Source of the DNA: Polyangiaceae bacterium
Lineage (GTDB): Bacteria; Myxococcota_A; Polyangia; Polyangiales; Polyangiaceae
Assembly (NCBI GenBank): GCA_044376115.1
Contig: JBILLK010000004.1
Coordinates: 406,285 to 470,284, forward strand
Reading direction: 5' to 3'
DNA length: 64,000 nucleotides
Shown here: positions 29,714 through 39,008 of the stretch, one piece after another
Numbering within the stretch: position 1 is the first letter of the stretch
How the letters are laid out: every line of letters begins with the position of its first letter
Position numbers and translations under genes: made by a program
Notes under the pieces: generated by a model
Told to the model about the DNA's origin: nothing
What the model saw: only the letters and a program-made list of their open reading frames with translations
The model's database searches: none

Positions 29714-30331
29714 TTAGCCTAACTCGGCTCGGATGGATGCCACAGCGGCGGCGCCCGCCTGAAAGCACGAGGGCGCGGTTTCGCGATCGATCCCGCCCAG
29801 CGCAATCACCTTGGTCGCGGCGCCAGGTGGTTCAGCTGCAGTAAGCCGCGCCACCAGCGCCGAGATTGCAGCGACGCCTAGTGGTAGACCTTTGCCGGGG
29901 CTCGCGAAGATCGGCGAAAGAAAGACCGAATCGGGCCGACCTTGCGCGCCAATCAGCGGGCCACTCACGCGCGACAAAGCCTCCTCCACCGAATGGCAGG
30001 CCACGTTGACCCAAGCTCGCGGCGCCTCCTTCCGTGCACGAGCGACCGCGTCGAGCGCAACGGTGCTCACTAGATGGACGCCGTCGAGGTCGAGCTCGCT
30101 CGCCAGCCCAACGTCATCGGCGATCCACACCGAGTGGCCTAGCGGTCGAGCGACCGCGGTGAGCCTGAGCGCAAGCGCGCGGCGCTGTTCACGCGGCAGG
30201 CCCTTATCGCGAACCAGCACGACCACCGGCTCGCGAGCGCGCTGCACGCGCAGCACGAGCTCATCCTCGGCGATTTGGCCCAGGTCGCTCACCAGCACAT
30301 AGCGTGGAAGCGCCGCTCCGGAAGCAGTCAC
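29714..30331 (-). CDS. Thiamine phosphate synthase/TenI family protein
   Basis: VRDK, DGVHL, ACHSVEE, SPIFASPGK and VIALGGID motifs. In an operon with thiG. Confidence 0.8.
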   Translation of the reverse strand: MTASGAALPRYVLVSDLGQIAEDELVLRVQRAREPVVVLVRDKGLPREQRRALALRLTAVARPLGHSVWIADDVGLASELDLDGVHLVSTVALDAVARARKEAPRAWVNVACHSVEEALSRVSGPLIGAQGRPDSVFLSPIFASPGKGLPLGVAAISALVARLTAAEPPGAATKVIALGGIDRETAPSCFQAGAAAVASIRAELG

Positions 30332-30702
30332 GGGGCTTTGGCTGAAGCGCCCGGCGCGGCCGAAGCGCTCGCTTTTGCGCTAGGCACGCTGGGCGTGGTG
30401 ACACTTGAAGAAGGGCTCGCGCTCGCCGCGGCACTGGCTTGAGCTGCCTCGCAACCGCCAGCCCCGAGTTCGCTAAGCGTAACGTCGGCCTCGGCTGCAA
30501 ACCGGCTCTTCGGATAACGCGCGCACACGAAGCGCAAGGTGCGCAAACGAGCCTCGCTGTCTCCGTCTTTGTCGAATTCTGCGGCCAACAGCATCAGCGC
30601 TTCGGCCGGTGCGTCCTCGCGCGCAAGCGACGGAGCGGGCTCGCTTGCGCACTGAAAGGGCGCAAGCCCAAGCACCAAACAACCGGCCGCGAGCAGCTTC
30701 AC
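30328..30702 (-). CDS. Hypothetical lipoprotein-like protein
   Basis: GTGA-coupled on both sides. Hydrophobic N-terminus ending APFQC and a YPKSRFA TPR/BamD-like tail. Confidence 0.65.
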   Translation of the reverse strand: MKLLAAGCLVLGLAPFQCASEPAPSLAREDAPAEALMLLAAEFDKDGDSEARLRTLRFVCARYPKSRFAAEADVTLSELGAGGCEAAQASAAASASPSSSVTTPSVPSAKASASAAPGASAKAP

Positions 30703-31514
30703 GAAGAGGACCCGATCAGCTGTGAGAGCGGGCTCGAGGCGGTGGCGTACAGCTTGGTCGGCATGCGGCCAGCCTCGAAAGCAAGCCGGCCAGCCTCAAC
30801 GCCCGCACGCATCGCGCGCGCCATTTTGATCGGGTCTTTGGCGCCAGCGATGGCGGTGTTCATCAACACGCCGTCGGCGCCGAGTTCCATCGCACGCGCT
30901 GCGTCACTCGCCGTTCCGACGCCGGCGTCCACGATCAGCGGCAACTGGATCTGCTCACGGATGATCATCAAGTTGTACGGGTTGCGGATGCCCAGCCCAC
31001 TGCCGATCGGCGCCGCCAACGGCATCACCGCAGCGCAGCCAACGTCGCGCAGCTTCTTGCAAACGATCGGATCGTCGATGCAATACGGCAGCACCACGAA
31101 GCCCTCTTTGACCAGCTCGCGGGCTGCATCCACCGTGGCCTCGTTGTCCGGAAAGAGCGTAGCCTCATCCCCGATTACCTCGAGCTTCACGAGCGGTGTA
31201 TCGAGCAACTCGCGCGATAGCCGCGCGGTGCGTAACGCCTCTTCGCGGGTGTAGCAGCCGGCCGTGTTCGGCAAGATGGTGACGCCGAGTCGGGCCAACA
31301 TCGCGTGGAGCGAGCCTTCTCCGCGGGTCTTCAGATCCACGCGGCGCAAAGCCACGGTCACGACGCTCGCGCCCGAAGCGGTGATGGCGGCCTCGGCCTC
31401 CGCCATGTCTTTGTACTTGCCCGTCCCTACGAACAGCCGCGAGGAAAAGCGGAACGGCCCGATCGAAAGCTCAGAGGACTGCGGGGCGAGCTCGGCTTGC
31501 GTGGCGTCTACCAT
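30699..31514 (-). CDS. thiG: Thiazole synthase
   Basis: [35 protein letters not shown] and [10 protein letters not shown] motifs. Confidence 0.97.
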   Translation of the reverse strand: MVDATQAELAPQSSELSIGPFRFSSRLFVGTGKYKDMAEAEAAITASGASVVTVALRRVDLKTRGEGSLHAMLARLGVTILPNTAGCYTREEALRTARLSRELLDTPLVKLEVIGDEATLFPDNEATVDAARELVKEGFVVLPYCIDDPIVCKKLRDVGCAAVMPLAAPIGSGLGIRNPYNLMIIREQIQLPLIVDAGVGTASDAARAMELGADGVLMNTAIAGAKDPIKMARAMRAGVEAGRLAFEAGRMPTKLYATASSPLSQLIGSSS

Positions 31515-31577
31515 GCCTACCAACTAGTGGGGTGATGAGCCGGAGACAAGTTGCCCGAACGAAGCTACCATTGCCGC

Positions 31578-32174
31578 ATGCGTCTCCGGCCCTTGCTTGC
31601 TGCTTCGCTCCTCGGACTTTCCGCCTTTGCGCTCACGCCTGATAGCTCGCTTGACCTGGAGGTGCGATCGGCCCACGCGACCATCGCCCTCTTGATGACC
31701 ACCGAAGAGCTGGTCACGGTGTCCAGGCGCGTGGTGGTCGCGACGCCGGTGGAACGGGTTTCCAAATGGGAGAAGGTCGCAGGATCCAACCGCATCGTGA
31801 CCTACACGCGCCTCGAGGTGGAGGACTCGATTGTGGGCAGTTCGGAGTCCAGCGTCTGGGTTCGAACGCTGGGCGGTAAGGTCGACAAGATCGGGCAGTC
31901 GGTCGCAGGCGAGGCCGAGTTCAAGATCGGTGAGCCTGCCGTCGTGTTCCTCGCGCCCGTGGAGGAAACGTTGGTCGTCGTTGGTATGGCGCAGGGTCAT
32001 TTCCCTGTCGCCGAGGTCGAGGGGGAACGCGTGCTGCGGTCGAGCCCTGACGTTGGCACCTTGGTGCGCAAAAAGGGAGACAAGCGGCGTTCGGCCCGTG
32101 AGGATCTGCTGGGCGTAAAGCTCGCAGCCGCAAAGACGAAGATCCTCGAGGTCGCTAAGGCTGCTGGAAAGTGA
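31578..32174 (+). CDS. Secreted hypothetical protein
   Basis: Signal peptide and VRTLGG...GEAEF..GE..VVFL...VVGMAQG motif. Coupled to the matrixin gene. Confidence 0.75.
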   Translation: MRLRPLLAASLLGLSAFALTPDSSLDLEVRSAHATIALLMTTEELVTVSRRVVVATPVERVSKWEKVAGSNRIVTYTRLEVEDSIVGSSESSVWVRTLGGKVDKIGQSVAGEAEFKIGEPAVVFLAPVEETLVVVGMAQGHFPVAEVEGERVLRSSPDVGTLVRKKGDKRRSAREDLLGVKLAAAKTKILEVAKAAGK

Positions 32175-33064
32175 GCCGGCCAGCGAGCGGCTGGGCTCAG
32201 TGGGGCGCGGCGGCCGTGTTAGCGCTGGGGCCTGCCGATGTTGCGCTCGCCTATTGTCGGACGGCCGCTTGTGAAGACGGTGTGGGGGCTCAGTGTGAGC
32301 CGGCGCAGGAAAGCGACTGCGGTAAGCCCATCTTCTGGCCGAGCTCTTGCGTTGGCTACGTGTTGCAAGAGGACGCCTCCAGCCAAATCGATCTCGAAGC
32401 TGCGCGCCCGTTGGTCAAACAGGCCTTCGACGCGTGGGTGCTTGCGGACTGCGGCGGCGATCGCCCAGCGGTAAGCACTGAAGACTTGGGCGACGTAACA
32501 TGCTCCGAAATTGGCTACGACCCGGAGACGAAGAACGCCAACATCATCATCTTTCGCGATGAGAGCTGGCCTTACGGAGGCAACGCGACGCTCGCGCTGA
32601 CCACCGTCACATACGCCGTCGATTCCGGAGAAATCCGCGACGCAGACCTGGAGATCAACTCTGACCAGGTGACCTTCAGCACTAGCGAAGACTCGGTGAG
32701 CGTCGACTTTCTGAGCATTATGACGCACGAGGCCGGCCACATTCTGGGGCTGGCGCACTCCCCCTCCCCGGGCGCGACGATGGTGGTCGAATACCCTCCC
32801 GAGTCGGTCACGTTGCGCACCCTCGAGGCCGACGACGTGGCTGGGATCTGCGCGGTCTACCCACCGGGCACTGAGGCCGTTTGCGACAGCAGCCCGGTCA
32901 ACGGCCTCAGCGACGATTGCGCCGAGCCCGCCGAGGTCGAAGCCGAAGGCTGCACGTGCAACAGCTCGCAGCGCTCATCCTCGCTGCCGGTCGGCGGGCT
33001 TATGCTCGCTCTTGCCGCAGGCCTGCGGCGGGTTCGGCGCAGCGCGGCTGGCGCGCGAAGTTAG
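32171..33064 (+). CDS. Matrixin-family (M10) metalloprotease with a MYXO-CTERM-like tail
   Basis: HEAGHILGLAHS...ATM...DDVAGICAVYP. C-terminal GCTC, TM segment and RRVRR. Confidence 0.88.
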   Translation: MSRPASGWAQWGAAAVLALGPADVALAYCRTAACEDGVGAQCEPAQESDCGKPIFWPSSCVGYVLQEDASSQIDLEAARPLVKQAFDAWVLADCGGDRPAVSTEDLGDVTCSEIGYDPETKNANIIIFRDESWPYGGNATLALTTVTYAVDSGEIRDADLEINSDQVTFSTSEDSVSVDFLSIMTHEAGHILGLAHSPSPGATMVVEYPPESVTLRTLEADDVAGICAVYPPGTEAVCDSSPVNGLSDDCAEPAEVEAEGCTCNSSQRSSSLPVGGLMLALAAGLRRVRRSAAGARS

Positions 33065-33065
33065 G

Positions 33066-33413
33066 TCAAGGCGCCTGGAGCGCGCGCAGCCACGCCAGAA
33101 GCGGCGCAAGCTCCCAGTCTTTTTCGAAGATCGGCCCCAACGTCTCGGCGTCTTGCGACTGCGCTGCTTGCGGGTTGGACGTCAAGAACGCGACGGGTAG
33201 CCGTGGGTGATTTTGACGCACGCGACGGGCGAGCTCCACCCCCGATTCTTCGCCGAGTTCGACGTCGAGGATGGCCGCCACAACAGTGGTGCAGTCGAAC
33301 GCGAGGGCCTCAGCGACGCTCCCGACCGCCGCTGTATCGAACCCGTGCTGGCGCAATAGGCCGCCCATTCGGACCCGGACATACTGAGAGTCGTCAGCCA
33401 ACAGCAGGCGCAC
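33066..33413 (-). CDS. Single-domain response regulator (CheY-like)
   Basis: LLADD, ILDVEL..ESG, PVAFLT and EK motifs. Confidence 0.85.
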   Translation of the reverse strand: MRLLLADDSQYVRVRMGGLLRQHGFDTAAVGSVAEALAFDCTTVVAAILDVELGEESGVELARRVRQNHPRLPVAFLTSNPQAAQSQDAETLGPIFEKDWELAPLLAWLRALQAP

Positions 33414-33424
33414 GGACCCGATGC

Positions 33425-33440
33425 TGCACTAGCCGTGCCA
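33425..33440 (-). promoter_or_regulatory. Sigma54 (-24/-12) promoter
   Basis: TGGCACGGCTAGTGCA against the consensus TGGCACG-N4-TTGCW. Lies immediately upstream of the response regulator. Confidence 0.65.
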
Positions 33441-33498
33441 CCGCTTGTTCAAAAAAAAGCGGCCCAAACACGAGCCGAAAACGAGTAAGAACGTGCGC

Positions 33499-34545
33499 AT
33501 GCGAGAGTCGACCACAGGGCCGGGAAGTAGCGTTTCAACCGCCGATGTTGCTTTGCGAGGTGACGTCGACCTCGGGGTGCCTCGCTACGATTGGAAGCTC
33601 GCAGAGGCAAAGGCCCTTCACGAGCTACCCCTGTTCGAGCTGCTGGATCTCGCCCGCGCCGTGCATCGCAGGACCTTCCGCGACGGCGAGGTGCAGCTTT
33701 GCACGTTGCTTTCGGTGAAGACGGGCGGCTGCCCGGAGGATTGCGCGTACTGCCCGCAGTCGAGCCACCATGAAACCGCGGTCGAGGCTGAAAAGATGCT
33801 CGACGAGAAGGCGGTGATCGAGGCCGCACAGCGCGCAAAGGCTGCAGGTTCTACGCGGTTTTGCATGGGCGCGGCCTGGCGTGAGGTGAAAGACGGCCCC
33901 GTATTCGACCGCGTGATCAACATGGTCAAGGGCGTCAAAGAGCTCGGGCTCGAGGCCTGCTGCACGCTCGGCATGTTGAACGCGGATCAAGCGCGACGCC
34001 TCAAAGAGGCGGGCCTGGACGCCTACAATCACAACCTCGACACCTCGAGGGACGCCTACCGGTCGATCATCACCACGCGCACGTACGACGAACGCCTCGC
34101 CACGCTGCGCAACGTTCGTGAGGCGGGAATCACCGTATGCTCCGGTGGCATCATCGGCATGGGGGAGTCGGTCGCCGACCGCTGTCACATGTTGATCGAG
34201 CTTGCGCGGATGAACCCGCACCCCGAGAGCGTGCCGATCAACGCCCTGGTGCGGGTCGCAGGCACGCCCTTGGCCGAGCTGCCCCCGCTCGACCCGATCG
34301 AGTTCATTCGCATGGTGGCGTTGGCCCGTTTGATGATGCCGCAATCGATGGTTCGGCTCTCGGCCGGCCGCACCGAGATGACCCGTGAGACGCAGCTTTT
34401 GGCGATGTATGCCGGCGCAAACTCGATTTTCTTTGGGGACCGGCTGCTCACCACCGACAACCCCGGCAAAGATGAAGACCAGGAGATGATCCGCGCCGCT
34501 GGTCTGTCTTGCCAGAAGCCAGCACCAGCCACCCCAGCCGTCTAA
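33499..34545 (+). CDS. bioB: Biotin synthase
   Basis: [38 protein letters not shown] and VRLSAGR motifs. Probable ATG at 33499. Confidence 0.97.
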   Translation: MRESTTGPGSSVSTADVALRGDVDLGVPRYDWKLAEAKALHELPLFELLDLARAVHRRTFRDGEVQLCTLLSVKTGGCPEDCAYCPQSSHHETAVEAEKMLDEKAVIEAAQRAKAAGSTRFCMGAAWREVKDGPVFDRVINMVKGVKELGLEACCTLGMLNADQARRLKEAGLDAYNHNLDTSRDAYRSIITTRTYDERLATLRNVREAGITVCSGGIIGMGESVADRCHMLIELARMNPHPESVPINALVRVAGTPLAELPPLDPIEFIRMVALARLMMPQSMVRLSAGRTEMTRETQLLAMYAGANSIFFGDRLLTTDNPGKDEDQEMIRAAGLSCQKPAPATPAV

Positions 34546-34607
34546 CTGCGCCCCAGCGCCCTCGTCAGGGGGTGGTTTCGGCCTGTACGTCGTGTAAGTT
34601 GCAGCAA

Positions 34608-35657
34608 GTGCAGACCCCGTACGCGTCAGAGCCATTCCTCCATCAGCTTTTGACGAAGGCGCTCGCCGCCAACGCCAGCGACATTCACGTAAAGGTGGGC
34701 CAACCGCCGGGTGCTCGCGTGCGTGGCGACATGGTCTACTTCCGGGTGGACAAGGTGAAGCCCGAGGACACCAACGCCCTCGCGCGCATCCTGCTCGCCC
34801 CACGCGGCGTGGACGACGTCGGGACCATCAAAGAGTTCGACACGAGCTATTCGGCCCCGGGGATCGGGCGCTTTCGCGTCAACGTTTACAGGCAGCGCGG
34901 GGCCCTGAGCGTGGTGATGCGGACCATCCCGATCAAGATCCCGACGATCGAAGAGATGGGCCTACCACCGCCGGTGAAGGCGCTCGCGGAGATGGAACGC
35001 GGCCTCGTGCTGTGCGTAGGCGCCACCGGCAGCGGTAAGACCACGACGCTCGCGTCGATGATCAATCACATCAACCTGAATCTGCCGCGACACATCGTCA
35101 CCATCGAGGACCCGATCGAGTTCCTCCACAACGACAGTCGCTCCGGCGTGAGCCAACGGGAGATCGGCATCGACACCGATAGCTTCGCCTCTGCTTTGCG
35201 AGCGGCGCTCCGTCAGGATCCCGACGTGATTTTGGTGGGCGAAATTCGTGATGCGGAGACGCTCGAGATCGCCATGCAAGCCGCAGAGACGGGCCACTTG
35301 GTGCTCTCCACCATGCACACGCCCGACGTATCCCGGACCGTGCACCGCATGATGTCCCTCGCCAAGAACCCCGGGGATCTCCGAGACCGACTCGGCGACG
35401 CACTGCAGGGCATTCTCGCCCAACGCTTGATCCCCAAACGGGACGGCACGGGCCTACAGTTGGTTCAGGAGATCTTGATCGCCAGCGGCACCGCTCGCGA
35501 GGCGATCAAGAAGCCCGAGCAAAACGTGCCGCTCAAAGACGTGATGGAGAAAGGTGTCGTGCCGTACGGCATGCAAACCTTCGAGATGCACCTCAAGGCG
35601 CTCGCTCAAGCCGGCGTGATCAGCAAGGAGTACGCACGGCAAGGGCCAGGCTTCTGA
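34608..35657 (+). CDS. pilT: PilT/PilU-family type IV pilus ATPase
   Basis: ASDIH, GRFRVN, GATGSGKTT, TIEDPIE, RQDPDVILVGEIRD, GHLVLSTMH and GMQTF motifs. Lacks the AIRNLIRE motif, so probably a paralog. Confidence 0.9.
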   Translation: MQTPYASEPFLHQLLTKALAANASDIHVKVGQPPGARVRGDMVYFRVDKVKPEDTNALARILLAPRGVDDVGTIKEFDTSYSAPGIGRFRVNVYRQRGALSVVMRTIPIKIPTIEEMGLPPPVKALAEMERGLVLCVGATGSGKTTTLASMINHINLNLPRHIVTIEDPIEFLHNDSRSGVSQREIGIDTDSFASALRAALRQDPDVILVGEIRDAETLEIAMQAAETGHLVLSTMHTPDVSRTVHRMMSLAKNPGDLRDRLGDALQGILAQRLIPKRDGTGLQLVQEILIASGTAREAIKKPEQNVPLKDVMEKGVVPYGMQTFEMHLKALAQAGVISKEYARQGPGF

Positions 35658-35658
35658 G

Positions 35659-35889
35659 CTACGGCGGAGCGAGCGCCCTCAGCGCAGCCAGCACCTCCTC
35701 CGCTTCGGGGAAGCGGCCTTCTTTGCTCTTGGAGAAGCAAAGCGCACCGTTGGCTTCGACGTCGAATTGACCTCCCTTCCCCGGCAGCAGCGTTGAATTC
35801 AGACCAAGCTCCGACTTGATTTTTGCGGCGAGACTCGTCGCTTTGGGTTTGTAGCTTCAGGCAACGCAATAACGAATGACGACGTCCAT
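35659..35889 (-). CDS. SelW/SelT/SelH (Rdx) family selenoprotein, CxxU
   Basis: Manual translation through the TGA at 35857-35859 gives MDVVIRYCVA(U)SYKPKATSLAAKIKSELGLNSTLLPGKGGQFDVEANGALCFSKSKEGRFPEAEEVLAALRALAPP*. Rdx motifs YCxxU, G.GG.FDV and FSK...RFP. Confidence 0.9.
35828..35841 (-). promoter_or_regulatory. Candidate bacterial SECIS hairpin
   Basis: GCGA-CGAGUC-UCGC begins 15 nt after the UGA, with G at the second loop position. Confidence 0.5.
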
Positions 35890-36430
35890 GAAGCCCATCG
35901 TAGCCCGCGGGCTCACGCTTTGTCAGGTGCTGGCCTTCGCGGCTGGCTGCGAAAAGTCTTCCCCACGCGAGAGCTCCCTCCCCGTCCCCACGGCGTCGCA
36001 AACCGCGGTCGCCTCCCCCACGCCGGAGGTTCGCCTCGAGTCGTTGTGGCTGCGAGCGAGCTCCCAAGACCCGCTCGATCTAGCGGCCTTGGCGGAACAT
36101 GAAGGTGCAGAGGCGCTCGCCGCGGCCTTGGAGCAGCCCAGCCGCAGTGAGCTCGCACGCGCGGCGCTTCCGCTCGCGCCCGACGTCGACGAGGCCTTTC
36201 CGTTGTTGGCCGCGCGCATCAGCAAGGGTCTCAGCGTGGAGGCCGATCTCGATCTGATGTTGCTGCTCTCGACAAGGCCGCAGAGCTTCGGGGAACGCTT
36301 GCAGCCGGAGCTCGACGGCATCGTGCTCGATCAGCTCGAGGCGGTCGCAAAGACAGCCAGCGAGCCACGCGTGCGCGCCAAGGCGGAAACGTTGGTCGCT
36401 CGTCTCGGCGAGCGTGGGCTTGCCCGCTAG
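35888..36430 (+). CDS. Hypothetical lipoprotein
   Basis: MKPIVARGLTLCQVLAFAAGC lipoprotein signal and a helical body. Start could instead be GTG 35927. Confidence 0.65.
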   Translation: MKPIVARGLTLCQVLAFAAGCEKSSPRESSLPVPTASQTAVASPTPEVRLESLWLRASSQDPLDLAALAEHEGAEALAAALEQPSRSELARAALPLAPDVDEAFPLLAARISKGLSVEADLDLMLLLSTRPQSFGERLQPELDGIVLDQLEAVAKTASEPRVRAKAETLVARLGERGLAR

Positions 36431-36479
36431 AAGGTCGTTTCCAGCCGGCTCCTCGGCCGATTGACCTATCATCGCGCGC

Positions 36480-39008
36480 ATGCGGCTTTCCTTCGCGTTG
36501 GTAGCGACTTGGGGGTGTTTGCTCGGCGCCTCCTGCGACAGCGAGTCGAGCGGAACCGCCGGCAGTGGTAGCGGTGGCGGCGGCTCGCCGAGCTCGAGCT
36601 CGAGCACCGGCGCGAACGGTGGATTCGGTGGCAGCGGTGGAGATGGCGGAAGCTGCACGTGCGCCGAACATGCATCCTGCGACGACGCCGGGGACTGCGT
36701 CTGCGATGCGGGCTTCGAAGGCGATGGCACGGTGTGCGTGAACGTCAACGAGTGCTTCACCCAAGCCGACGACTGCGCGCCTTCGGCGACCTGCATCGAT
36801 ACGGTGGGTAGCTTCGAGTGTGAGTGTCCCGAGGGCGCGACGGGCGACCCACTGGTGGCCTGCACCAGCAACTATGTTGCGGTTGCGGCCGGGCTCAACC
36901 ACACCTGCGCCATCCGCTCGGACGGCGCGACCATGTGCTTTGGCAATGGGGGTAGCGGTAGGCTGGGCAACGGCCAGCAGGTCAATCAAGCGAGTCCGGT
37001 CCAGGCGGGTGCCGCGGACAATTGGGTCAAGGTTGCAGCAGGCAGCGCGCATTCTTGCGGCATCAAGGAGTCGTCGACCCTTTGGTGTTGGGGCAGTTCG
37101 AGCTTTGGGCAACTCGGCCTGGGCGCCGGCGTTAGCTCGACCATCCCGGCGTACTTGAGCCTGGAGGATGAATGGCTCGACGTCGCGACCGGAGACACCC
37201 ACAGCTGTGCGATCCGAGCCTCCGGCGAGCTCTACTGCTTCGGGCGCAATAGCCAAGGTCAGCTCGGGGTCGGCACCACCACAGACTCGCCGACGCCCAT
37301 CCCTGTGTCGCTCACCGAGAGCCCGACCACGCCGGACAATGACTGGGCGAGCGTCGCCGCTGGGCGTGAGACCACCTGCGCGCTCAAGACCAACGGCCGG
37401 CTCTACTGCTGGGGACGCAACAGCGAGAAGCAGGTCGGCCCGATGAGCGCAGCCTCCCTCACGCTACCAACGCTGGTAGAGACCGCGACCGGGAGCGATG
37501 ACACCGATTGGTCCTTCGTCGCCACCTCCAGCACTACCTGCGCCGGCAAGCTCGACGGAACGCTCTACTGCTTTGGGCGCAACCTCGATGGGGAGCTGGG
37601 AACCACGCCCGGCGCGAACAGCGGGACCGCAACCGTGGTCGACGCGGGGCAGAGCTTCACCTCCGTTGCCGTAGGCGGCGGGCACGTCTGCGCTGTCACG
37701 CCGGAGAACGACCTACGCTGTTGGGGTCGCAACACGAGCGGCCAGGTCAACCCGGCCCTCGACGGCCAAGCGATCGGCCCTTCGACGATCGAGGGGGAAT
37801 TCACCGCGGTCTCGGCCGGCACCGGTCACACCTGCGGAGTTTCTCCCGAGCAGCAGGTGCTGTGTTGGGGCACCCGCAATTTCGGCCAATTGGGCGATGG
37901 CAACTTCGGACATTCGCCCGAACCCGTCGAGGTCCCAGGCGGTAACACGTTCACGCAGCTGAGCGTCTTCAGCAATAGCGTGCTCGCGGTGCGCGCGGAC
38001 GGCGCCATTCTGGGGGCCGGCCGCAATGAGAAGGGCCAGCTGGGGCTGAGCGACCTCAAGCCCCGCCAAGAGCTCAGCCAGCCCGTGAGCGCGACCTCGT
38101 TCGAGTACGTCGGCGCGGGCACCTCGCACGCCTGTGCCATCAGCGCGATGAAGCTCTTTTGCACCGGAGACAACACCAGCGGGCAACTCGGGCGCAGCGG
38201 CCCTGCGCAGCAGGTCTGGTCGGCCATCACCACCGCCGGTAAGCCCTGGGCCAGCGCAAACTTCGTCAGCGTTTCTGGCGGTGAATCGCACTCCTGCGCG
38301 GTCACGAGCACCGGCAAGTTGTACTGCTTTGGGCTCAACACCAGCGGGCAGCTCGGAAGCACCAATCCGCCAACGACGGGCGATCTCGTCGAGATACCCG
38401 CACCGACGACCCCTGCAACGACCTGGACGCACGTAAGCACCGGCACCTTCCACAGCTGCGGTCGCACCGCCGACTCCAAGCTCTTGTGCTGGGGTCGCAA
38501 CGTCGAAGGCCAACTCGGGATTAACCTCACCAGCCCGAAGGAGCCGCCCACCTTGGTCGGCACCGGCTACTCAGGTGCAATCGGCACCGGCAACAACCAC
38601 ACCTGCGCCGTCAAGAACGACGGCACGTTGTTCTGTTGGGGCGCCAACACCAACAGCCAGCTCGGTGACAACACCGCCACGGAGCGTTTGACGCCCACCG
38701 CGATCGGCGCCGGCACCACCTGGCAAAGCGTCGTCGCCGGCAACTCCTTCACCTGCGCGCTCAACGATCAAGGCGAGGCCTACTGTTGGGGCACCAACAG
38801 CTCCGGGCAGCTGGGCGTTGGCGACCTCTCCGTACGCAAGCTACCGACAGCGCTTGGCGCTGGTAGCTTTAGCAGCCTCGAGGTCGGCGGTACGCAGGCG
38901 TGTGGGCTGCGCGCCGATGGCAGCGTGCTCTGTTGGGGCTCGGCCGAGTTCGGTCAGAACGCACTTGGCACCGCATGGCCCGAACTGCCGACTGCGGTGG
39001 GGAATTGA
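36480..39008 (+). CDS. EGF-like + RCC1-repeat lipoprotein
   Basis: Lipobox GASC, Gly/Ser linker and a NVNEC...CIDTVGSFECEC calcium-binding EGF domain. Many H.CAI...G.L.CWG.N..GQLG repeats. Confidence 0.92.
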   Translation: MRLSFALVATWGCLLGASCDSESSGTAGSGSGGGGSPSSSSSTGANGGFGGSGGDGGSCTCAEHASCDDAGDCVCDAGFEGDGTVCVNVNECFTQADDCAPSATCIDTVGSFECECPEGATGDPLVACTSNYVAVAAGLNHTCAIRSDGATMCFGNGGSGRLGNGQQVNQASPVQAGAADNWVKVAAGSAHSCGIKESSTLWCWGSSSFGQLGLGAGVSSTIPAYLSLEDEWLDVATGDTHSCAIRASGELYCFGRNSQGQLGVGTTTDSPTPIPVSLTESPTTPDNDWASVAAGRETTCALKTNGRLYCWGRNSEKQVGPMSAASLTLPTLVETATGSDDTDWSFVATSSTTCAGKLDGTLYCFGRNLDGELGTTPGANSGTATVVDAGQSFTSVAVGGGHVCAVTPENDLRCWGRNTSGQVNPALDGQAIGPSTIEGEFTAVSAGTGHTCGVSPEQQVLCWGTRNFGQLGDGNFGHSPEPVEVPGGNTFTQLSVFSNSVLAVRADGAILGAGRNEKGQLGLSDLKPRQELSQPVSATSFEYVGAGTSHACAISAMKLFCTGDNTSGQLGRSGPAQQVWSAITTAGKPWASANFVSVSGGESHSCAVTSTGKLYCFGLNTSGQLGSTNPPTTGDLVEIPAPTTPATTWTHVSTGTFHSCGRTADSKLLCWGRNVEGQLGINLTSPKEPPTLVGTGYSGAIGTGNNHTCAVKNDGTLFCWGANTNSQLGDNTATERLTPTAIGAGTTWQSVVAGNSFTCALNDQGEAYCWGTNSSGQLGVGDLSVRKLPTALGAGSFSSLEVGGTQACGLRADGSVLCWGSAEFGQNALGTAWPELPTAVGN

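Noticed and set aside
35606..36067. 153-aa minus-strand ORF in the track
   Set aside because: It is in a different frame from the Rdx selenoprotein and has no recognisable motifs.
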